A stretch of 53,029 bases of DNA from Patescibacteria group bacterium (lineage in GTDB: Bacteria > Patescibacteriota > Microgenomatia > UBA8517). Positions 46,546-53,029 of this stretch are shown in pieces. The translations under genes were made by a program, and so were the position numbers. The stretch is from contig DAIUCV010000001.1 of assembly GCA_036846005.1 (NCBI GenBank), positions 1-53,029 of the forward strand, in the 5' to 3' direction. The stretch's first letter is position 1. Each line of letters opens with the position of its first letter. The notes beneath the pieces are model-generated. The model ran no database searches. It saw only the letters and a list, made by a program, of their open reading frames with translations, and was not told where the DNA came from.

Positions 46546-47475
46546 TAAAATATAGGAAGAATAAAAGGCAATAAATACCAAACCATAATATCTGGGGATA
46601 TTCTCACCTTCATATTTTCTGGTCAGATAAAATGAAATTAAAGTAGCTAGAGCAAGAAAAGAAAGGGAAATTATATTTAAAGTATTTACCCCATCCTTAG
46701 AATAAAGAAGAGTGATCGTTCCGAGGATGGAGAGATTAAAAATGTTACTACCCTGAATATCACCGACGATAAGCTTCCAGTCTTTTCTAAATCCCGAAGC
46801 AATCGATGTGGACAATTCTGGTATAGAGGTTCCAAAAGCAATTAATGTTAGTCCTATTATCTCGTCTTTTATTTTGAATAAAAGTGCAATCGCCTCTGCC
46901 GATGTGACGAGAAATTTACTGCTTATTATAATTGTGGCAATTGCCAAAAGAAGCTTAATTGCGGTTACAAGAGCGGGTGACTTTTCCTTTTTAAGTTTTG
47001 AAAGTGCTTTTTTATCTTCTTTTTTGCTCCCTATTTCTCCCCAGATAATTTCAATTATTAGAAATAATGCATATCCTGTAACAAGAGCGTAAAGAAGATA
47101 GGTTGAATAGATTTTAGGAACAAAAAAATAGGCAATAAAGATCAGTGTTGTTATTAGTAGGATGATATTATTTCTCTGTGTTTTTTGGGTCCCCATTCTA
47201 ACTGGAAAAAATAAGATCGAGATCCCAAGAACAAGAAAAATATTACAGATATTTGAACCTATTATATTTCCGAGAGACAAATCTGGGACTTTTTGGGCGA
47301 TTGATGAAATCGTTACCGAAAATTCGGGTAGAGAAGTGCCAAAAGCAATAAGTGTTGATCCGATTATAAGGGGAGATATTCTAATAGATGCTGCAAGTCT
47401 ATCAGTCTCTTTTACCAGATAATTAGAGGCAATAATGAGGAAAAATAAACTGATAGTAAGAATTAAGAAACTCAC
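46528..47475 (-). CDS. sodium/calcium exchanger (CaCA/YrbG) family membrane protein
   Basis: Two alpha-repeat motifs: GTSLPEFSVT...GSNICNIFLVLG and GTSIPELSTS...GSNIFNLSILG. Confidence 0.8.
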   Translation of the reverse strand: MSFLILTISLFFLIIASNYLVKETDRLAASIRISPLIIGSTLIAFGTSLPEFSVTISSIAQKVPDLSLGNIIGSNICNIFLVLGISILFFPVRMGTQKTQRNNIILLITTLIFIAYFFVPKIYSTYLLYALVTGYALFLIIEIIWGEIGSKKEDKKALSKLKKEKSPALVTAIKLLLAIATIIISSKFLVTSAEAIALLFKIKDEIIGLTLIAFGTSIPELSTSIASGFRKDWKLIVGDIQGSNIFNLSILGTITLLYSKDGVNTLNIISLSFLALATLISFYLTRKYEGENIPRYYGLVFIAFYSSYILLIFLR

Positions 47476-47579
47476 TTTATTTCATTATACTAAGAAACAT
47501 TATCCTGTTTAATACTTTTTATCAAAAAAGACTATGAACCATTTGCATAAACCCTGGCTACTGCCTTAATATGTAATTG

Positions 47580-49283
47580 ATGTCTTTAGATTTTTCACGA
47601 GACTTTCTTATTCTAATTGCAACGGCACTTACTGGAGGAATAGTTGCAAAGTTTATAAAACTGCAACCTTTTGTAGGATTTATTGTAGCGGGAGTAGTTG
47701 CGAGGTTATTTTTACCTGAAAATGCGTTTGGTATTGAGAAAGTAGCCGAACTTGGTCTTATTTTTCTTCTATTTTCAACAGGCTTAGAACTTTCTTTGGC
47801 AAGGCTATCCAAAGTAATTCGAATATCTCTTACGGGTGCAAGTGTTCAGATAGTTCTCGTAACATTAGTTTCCTTTGCATTATTAAAGATGTTTTCGTTC
47901 GATAGTACGAGTGCTTTGGTTTTATCTTTAGGGTTTTCTCTTTCTTCTACCGCGATTGTTGTTAAGACTCTAATCGACAAGGATGAAGCGAATTCGATCC
48001 ATGGAGAAGTTATGGTGGGATGGCTTCTGATACAGGATCTTGCAGTTATTCCCATGGTAATGATTGTTGGTTATCTTAAAGGTGGAGATTTATCTTTTTT
48101 GAGCGTAGGTTTTGATGTTCTTAAGGCAGTAGTTTTAATCGGGATAACGATTATTTTAGGTAAGATTATTTTTCCCAGAATCTTACATTTGGTTTCTTAT
48201 CTTAAGTCACGGGAACTTATGCTCATGACGGCAACGTTTCTGGCTATAGGTACGGCACTTATGGCTTATCTTTTTGGAATTTCGCCTGCAATCGGAGCGT
48301 TTATCGCGGGAGTTGTCATTGCAGAATCATACGAGCGCCATTCGGTGCTTTCCGAAACAAGACCATTGAGAGACCTTTTTGTGGCAATATTTTTTGTATC
48401 TCTTGGCTTTTTAGTTACCCCAACATATATAATCCCGTCTTTAGGTCTTGTTGTCGTTCTCACATTATCGGTAATCATTCTCAAAGCAATAATAAATTTT
48501 ATTGTAAGTATTTTTCTGGGTTATCATGGAAGAACTGCTGTATCTGTCGGAATTGGCCTTTCACAAATTGGAGAATTTTCTTTTATCCTTTTTACCTTGG
48601 CAAAAAACTTGGAGATAATCTCCGATAAATCGCTTACTGTTGGAGTTTCAGTTACGCTACTTTCCTTAATAATTTTTCCGATTTTGTATAAAAATGTTCC
48701 AAAAATATGGGATATATTTAAAATATTATCTAAACGATCAGCTTATTTTTACAGATTTTTTGCGGGTTGGGATAGAAAAATGTTACCTGATGAAAATGCT
48801 TTATCGGGACATATTATTATCTGCGGATACGGAAGGGTAGGGGGATGGGTAGGAAAGGCGTTAGATGATATTAAAACTTCTTATATTGTAGTTGATTATG
48901 ATCAAAGAGTGGTAAATACATTGAAGCAAAAGGGAACGGATGTCATTTACGGAGATCCGGAGGAAAGGGATATCTTGATGGCTTCTGGTATTAAAAACGC
49001 AAAGGTAATAGTTGTTGCGATTCCCGACAGAATTGCTCAGGAAGCAATTATCACGCAAGTTCAAAATCTTAATCCGTCAGTAAAAATAATATCAAGAGTC
49101 CATACCGATGATGAATTCGATAGAGTAAAACTTCTAAGGGTAGATAAGATAGTACAACCTGAGTTTGAGGCAGCAATGGCGATTATTAAATCCATATTGT
49201 ACAGTCAAGGTAAAAATAAGGAGGAAGTATCTAATTTACTAAAAAGTTTGAGACTATCCAAAGCAATGACCAAACCAGATTAG
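47580..49283 (+). CDS. CPA2 (Kef-type) cation:proton antiporter with C-terminal TrkA-N/RCK domain
   Basis: About 12 TM segments, then the Rossmann motif IIICGYGRVGGWVG. The ORF opens with TTG at 47577; the ATG is at 47580. Confidence 0.8.
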   Translation: MSLDFSRDFLILIATALTGGIVAKFIKLQPFVGFIVAGVVARLFLPENAFGIEKVAELGLIFLLFSTGLELSLARLSKVIRISLTGASVQIVLVTLVSFALLKMFSFDSTSALVLSLGFSLSSTAIVVKTLIDKDEANSIHGEVMVGWLLIQDLAVIPMVMIVGYLKGGDLSFLSVGFDVLKAVVLIGITIILGKIIFPRILHLVSYLKSRELMLMTATFLAIGTALMAYLFGISPAIGAFIAGVVIAESYERHSVLSETRPLRDLFVAIFFVSLGFLVTPTYIIPSLGLVVVLTLSVIILKAIINFIVSIFLGYHGRTAVSVGIGLSQIGEFSFILFTLAKNLEIISDKSLTVGVSVTLLSLIIFPILYKNVPKIWDIFKILSKRSAYFYRFFAGWDRKMLPDENALSGHIIICGYGRVGGWVGKALDDIKTSYIVVDYDQRVVNTLKQKGTDVIYGDPEERDILMASGIKNAKVIVVAIPDRIAQEAIITQVQNLNPSVKIISRVHTDDEFDRVKLLRVDKIVQPEFEAAMAIIKSILYSQGKNKEEVSNLLKSLRLSKAMTKPD

Positions 49284-49287
49284 AAAA

Positions 49288-50187
49288 ATGCCTGCCCGAA
49301 AACGTATACGCAAATCTCCAAAAAAGAATTATAAATTGCATCTTATTGCAATCATATTTTTGATTTTCGGACTATTAATAATTTTTTTATTGAAGACCAG
49401 GTCCTGGATAGGGGACGCAAAGCTTACCCTGGTTATAAATAATTCGGAAGATTTATATGTCGCGGTTTTTGATCCTGTGGCTGACGATATAACGACCGTT
49501 AAAATTCCGGGATCAGTCGAAGTAGACGTCTCCAGAAGACTTGGGAAAATCAGACTGGTAAGTATCTGGCAGTTGGGAAAAGACGAGAAACTGGATGGAC
49601 GACTTTTGGCAGAAACGATTACCAAAAATTTCCGAATTCCGGTTGTCGCCTGGGCTGACAGCCAAGCTCTTGGTTTTATCGATAAAGGAAATGTGATTCA
49701 AGCATTGATATCTAGCTACAAAACAAATCTGACCCTTTCCGATAAACTTCGTCTTTTCTTTTTCACCTTGGGAGTAAAAGAGTTTAAGAGAACCGATTTA
49801 GATTTATCTAAAACCTCTTTTCTCAAAGCCAAAAAACTTGCCGATGGGGAAATGGGTTATGTGGTTACGGATATCATGCCGCAAAAGCTAATTGTTATTG
49901 CATCAGACAATCTGGTTTCAAAACAAGACCTCAAAGTTATCTTGACAAATGCATCGGGGGATTCACTGCTTTCAGAAAAAGTGGGAAAAATAGTTGAATC
50001 TTTGGGTACTAAAATTGCGGCAATAGATAACTTAAAAGAAGAAGATTTTGACTGTGTGGTGAAGGGGAAAGATCTCAAACTGGATAAAAGATTTGCATTG
50101 GTTCTGGGTTGTGAGGTAAGCAAGGATACCTCCGGTAACTTTGATGTGGAGATTAAATTCGGCAAAAAATTCCTGCAGAGATTTTAA
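49288..50187 (+). CDS. hypothetical membrane-anchored protein, possible LytR_C-type C-terminal domain
   Basis: N-terminal TM anchor. The C-terminal segment KVILTNASGDSLLSEKVGKIVESLGTKIAAIDN resembles LytR_C. Tentative. Confidence 0.45.
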   Translation: MPARKRIRKSPKKNYKLHLIAIIFLIFGLLIIFLLKTRSWIGDAKLTLVINNSEDLYVAVFDPVADDITTVKIPGSVEVDVSRRLGKIRLVSIWQLGKDEKLDGRLLAETITKNFRIPVVAWADSQALGFIDKGNVIQALISSYKTNLTLSDKLRLFFFTLGVKEFKRTDLDLSKTSFLKAKKLADGEMGYVVTDIMPQKLIVIASDNLVSKQDLKVILTNASGDSLLSEKVGKIVESLGTKIAAIDNLKEEDFDCVVKGKDLKLDKRFALVLGCEVSKDTSGNFDVEIKFGKKFLQRF

Positions 50188-50189
50188 CT

Positions 50190-50882
50190 TTAGTCTTCTT
50201 CTTCGACGCTGGAGGCGGAAATATCTTCTTTATTGTGTACCAACTCAGGCGAAGTAAAAGCTACGTAATCAATTCTTTCACTGGTAAACGACGGTCCTGT
50301 TGCACCTTTTTTACACGAGCTTATTTCCTTGATGAAAACTTTGACGTCTTTGGTTTCGTTGCACTTGACGATAACCTTGTATTCGTTACCCATTTTTATG
50401 AGATTTTTTAATTTGGCACCCAAATCATCGGGTAGTCTTCCGATATATTTACCTTCACAAGATATTACGGAGACTCTATGCCCATGAGGATTAAACTTAA
50501 CTTCGTCACCCGCATCAAGTTTGGCCAGTATTTTGGGATCACCCAGATTAATTAGGTCGGCTATTTTGGTTTTCCCGGGTTCTTCAATGAACGATTCCGC
50601 ATTGGTAGGTACCAGGGGTAGGGTGTCGCCTTTGGTTAAACACCTCAATTTCTCCCATGCTCTTAAGGCAATGGAATTAACGGGGTCAATTTTCAAAACC
50701 ATCTTGACACACTTTCTGGCTTTTACCAGATTTCCGCATTCTGAATAAGCTCTTGCAAGTCTGTTTAAAGCATCTGTATCTTGGGGATTGATATCTAAAA
50801 TCTTGGTGTTTATTTGAATAGCTTTTTCCCAGTTACCTTCGAGAGCTGCCGAAACTGCTTGTTGGGCAAGGTCCATTTCCAT
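50190..50882 (-). CDS. TPR-repeat protein with a HIRAN-like C-terminal domain (tentative)
   Basis: TPR-like N-terminal half (EGNWEKAIQINTKILDINPQDTDALNRLARAYSECGN...). The ATG at 50882 is preferred because a promoter-like element lies inside the longer ORF, which opens at 50948. Confidence 0.6.
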   Translation of the reverse strand: MEMDLAQQAVSAALEGNWEKAIQINTKILDINPQDTDALNRLARAYSECGNLVKARKCVKMVLKIDPVNSIALRAWEKLRCLTKGDTLPLVPTNAESFIEEPGKTKIADLINLGDPKILAKLDAGDEVKFNPHGHRVSVISCEGKYIGRLPDDLGAKLKNLIKMGNEYKVIVKCNETKDVKVFIKEISSCKKGATGPSFTSERIDYVAFTSPELVHNKEDISASSVEEED

Positions 50883-50901
50883 ATTAAAATTTCTTCTTTT
50901 G

Positions 50902-50929
50902 AGTATAAAGATGTGGGGTATCTTGTCAA
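50902..50929 (-). promoter_or_regulatory. sigma70-like promoter for the TPR gene
   Basis: Minus strand: TTGACA, 16-nt spacer, TATACT. Confidence 0.45.
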
Positions 50930-50980
50930 GTACATTTAAAAGCAACAAAAATTAAATTAGGGAAATTGTTATTTTTGTGC

Positions 50981-51009
50981 TTGGAAGAGCCAAATTGAAG
51001 TAGTATAAT
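50981..51009 (+). promoter_or_regulatory. sigma70-like promoter for yebC
   Basis: TTGGAA (50981-50986), 17-nt spacer, TATAAT (51004-51009). Confidence 0.5.
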
Positions 51010-51024
51010 TGGGTTTACCAATTT

Positions 51025-51768
51025 ATGTCAGGACATTCTCATTACTCAACCATAAAAAGACAAAAAGAGGCAAATGATGCCGCAAAGGGAAAAGTTTTTT
51101 CCAAAATGGCCAGGGCAATTGCAATTGCCATAAAAGCCGGAGGTGGGGCAGACCCCGCTCAAAATTATAAACTAAGAATTGCTATTGAACAGGCAAAGGC
51201 GTCAAATGTTCCCAAATCAAATATTGACAGGATTCTTTCCCGAGCCCAGGAGGAGTTAAGCTATGACGAGTTTACCTACGAAGGATACGGACCGGAGGGG
51301 ATTGCCGTCATTGTGGATGTAGCAACAGATAACAGAAACAGAACCAGTCAGGAAATTAAAAATATTTTTGAAAGAAGTGGGGGAAGCCTGGCAGGACCGG
51401 GTTCTGTTTCGTTTAATTTTGAGCCAAAAGCGCTGATTGTTGTCGGGAAAGGGGAGGATGTGGATTCACAAATGCTTAAACTCATTGATTTGGGGGTAGA
51501 CGATGTCAACGAAAGCGAGGACAGAATCGAAGTCTATACCACTCAGGAAAAAGCTGGGGAAATAAAAGAACTCTTGGAAAAAAGCGGATTTACCATATCT
51601 TCTTTTGAAATTATCAAAAAACCCAAAAATGTAATGACGATTGCGGATGAAAAAAAAGCTCGAAGAATAATTACTTTCCTGGAAACATTGGAAGACCACG
51701 AAGACGTTCAAAACGTGTTTTCAAACCTCGACATACCGGATGACGTTGCCGGTAAATTGGAAAACTAA
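51025..51768 (+). CDS. yebC: YebC/PmpR-family transcriptional regulator
   Basis: MSGHSHYSTIKRQKEANDAAKGKVFSK N-terminus, diagnostic for the family; 247 aa. Confidence 0.95.
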   Translation: MSGHSHYSTIKRQKEANDAAKGKVFSKMARAIAIAIKAGGGADPAQNYKLRIAIEQAKASNVPKSNIDRILSRAQEELSYDEFTYEGYGPEGIAVIVDVATDNRNRTSQEIKNIFERSGGSLAGPGSVSFNFEPKALIVVGKGEDVDSQMLKLIDLGVDDVNESEDRIEVYTTQEKAGEIKELLEKSGFTISSFEIIKKPKNVMTIADEKKARRIITFLETLEDHEDVQNVFSNLDIPDDVAGKLEN

Positions 51769-51770
51769 TT

Positions 51771-52541
51771 ATGGGTAAAAGGAAGCGCTTTATAATAACT
51801 TCGATAGTTCTGGCATTGGGTTTTATGGGAATTCAATTTTTGGATAATGTCTACAGGTTTTATAGTATCGGCGGATTAACCCTTCTTACGATAATTCTTT
51901 TTGCCTGGTCTCTTAAAGAAGGATTGGGGAAAAATCTGACAATTCTGACTTTGATTTTACCTGCTCTTTATACCTTAAGCGTAGGAATATTTTGGTTTTT
52001 ACTTCCGGCAAGCATTTTTGCGAGAATTCCGATTGTAATTTTTTACGGATTGGGAATTTATGCTTTGTGTTTAACTGCAAATATTTATACGGTTGCTGCA
52101 ATAAGAACTATTGCCCTGCTTCGGGCGGCGAGGGGAGTAGGTTTTGTTCTGACCCTTTTAACGTCGTTCTTGATTTTTGATGCAATTCTATCGCTTCGTA
52201 CAAGTATGGTTATTTCGACTTTATTGGTCATAGTATTTTGTCTGCCTTTGTATTTGCAGGGATTGTGGATAATGACTTTGGAAGAAAAATTTACCAAGGA
52301 GCTGATAGTGATGACTTTTGTCTTTAGCCTGGTGATGGCCGAAATTGCGATCGGTCTTTTCTTTTGGCCGGTAACGGTTGTTGTCGGGTCTTTGTTTTTA
52401 ACAGTTGGAGTATACGTACTTCTGGGTTTGGGTCAGGCTAGGTTAGAGGGAAGGTTTTTTTCACAAATCGTCAGGGAATACCTCTTTGTGGGTCTAATGG
52501 TATTTATAGGAATGTTTTTGGCTACGCGCTGGGGTGGCTAA
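51771..52541 (+). CDS. hypothetical polytopic membrane protein
   Basis: 256 aa with about 8 hydrophobic segments. Starts 2 nt after the yebC stop. No family recognised. Confidence 0.6.
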   Translation: MGKRKRFIITSIVLALGFMGIQFLDNVYRFYSIGGLTLLTIILFAWSLKEGLGKNLTILTLILPALYTLSVGIFWFLLPASIFARIPIVIFYGLGIYALCLTANIYTVAAIRTIALLRAARGVGFVLTLLTSFLIFDAILSLRTSMVISTLLVIVFCLPLYLQGLWIMTLEEKFTKELIVMTFVFSLVMAEIAIGLFFWPVTVVVGSLFLTVGVYVLLGLGQARLEGRFFSQIVREYLFVGLMVFIGMFLATRWGG

Positions 52542-52735
52542 TAAATTAAATTAAAATAGAAACTTAAATTATTTTTTTAAGACATAGGGGAAAAGGGGAG
52601 GAGGGTAGTTATTATCCCATAATAATAATTATAGGATACTGAAGAGGGAAGTTTTCACAGCTATTTAATCCTTCTTTTCACGAAATAAACAAATAGCGAC
52701 GCTTCGAAGAATACCCGAACAACACTTTGTATACT

Positions 52736-52764
52736 TTGATATAGTTGTTAGGCATGAATATTAA
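52736..52764 (+). promoter_or_regulatory. near-consensus sigma70-like promoter pointing out of the window
   Basis: TTGATA (52736-52741), 17-nt spacer, TATTAA (52759-52764). Confidence 0.45.
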
Positions 52765-52770
52765 CATTCT

Positions 52771-53029
52771 GCTCTTCATTTTCCATTGTGGATAAGTAGT
52801 CAGAGCTTACGAGTGCTAAGTGTCTTTCTCCAACGCACCTGTTGCATCAGGAAGAAGACATCCATACCAGGGAGTATTAGATATCGTTTACGACAAGTAA
52901 CCTCTGTATGGGTTAAGGTATATCCTCCGTAACTAACTTATGTGGTGAATAGGTTTGTTGTTCGCCTTAAGTATAAAGTCGCACAATGTAACTTTTGCGA
53001 CGTACTGTATTTGGTGAGAGTAAAGAAGA
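52771..53029 (+). ncRNA. candidate structured RNA or long structured 5' leader, truncated by window end
   Basis: No ORF, with stops in all six frames. Nested helices can be paired by eye, and several G-U pairs form only on the plus strand. A boxA-like TGCTCTT lies at 52770-52776. Confidence 0.4.

Noticed and set aside
52754-52795. 13-codon ORF (MNINILLFIFHCG) as a leader peptide.
   Set aside because: It has no SD and overlaps the predicted -10 element, so it would lie upstream of the predicted transcription start.
52911-52960. Possible 23S rRNA 5' end (GGTTAAGG...GTGGTGAATAGG compared with GGTTAAG...GGTGGATGCC).
   Set aside because: The similarity is limited to a few bases. The highly conserved GGTGGATGCCTTGGC block is absent.
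52545-52984. Group II intron on the minus strand, because the minus strand reads GUGCGAC starting at 52984.
   Set aside because: I could find no domain V-like (AGC...GNRA) hairpin and no intron-encoded protein. Only about 440 nt are available before the next gene. In addition, G-U pairs in the helices favour the plus strand.
1-53029. Window-wide scan for CRISPR arrays, IS elements, integrases, prophage genes, defence systems and stop-codon reassignment.
   Set aside because: I saw no repeat-spacer arrays, terminal inverted repeats or recombinase-like ORFs. TAA, TAG and TGA all terminate well-conserved genes at the expected lengths (CapA, fmt and proS respectively).

Overview
This is an AT-rich (mid-30s % G+C by eye), very gene-dense chromosomal segment. 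It holds about 60 protein genes and 4 tRNAs (one cut by the window edge). I recognise no rRNA, CRISPR array, transposase, integrase or phage gene. Content is almost entirely housekeeping. Translation genes: rpmB, rpsB-tsf-frr, rpsF-ssb-rpsR, rpmE-prfA, efp, proS, cysS, hisS, fmt-def, ychF, ybeY. Replication and repair genes: topA, dnaX-ybaB-recR, dnaB, dprA. Envelope genes: mreB, PBP2, an LCP protein, an O-antigen-ligase-like protein, two site-2 proteases, and S41 and HtrA proteases. There is also a dut-thyA-tdk-tmk dTTP block followed by formiminotransferase and cyclodeaminase genes. The genetic code looks standard, since TAA, TAG and TGA each end a recognisable gene. Short proteins, missing accessory domains and this gene mix suggest a reduced-genome bacterium such as Patescibacteria/CPR, but that is inference only. 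I did not find a convincing multi-gene novel system. The two strongest unexplained signals are at the RNA level. (1) A ~156-nt GC-rich, rod-shaped, ORF-free element at 1345-1500, with its own extended -10 promoter on the minus strand. (2) The last 488 nt (52542-53029), which are ORF-free and carry a near-consensus promoter, a boxA-like TGCTCTT and many nested helices that run off the window. Protein-level oddities: an RF1 lacking domain 1, translationally coupled to an FkbM-type methyltransferase; two orphan small genes with their own promoters at 30.4-31.3 kb; a receiver-less tandem winged-helix protein; a ProRS without the editing domain; and an Arg32-type EF-P. All coordinates and pairings were worked out by eye from the sequence. 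No database search was possible.
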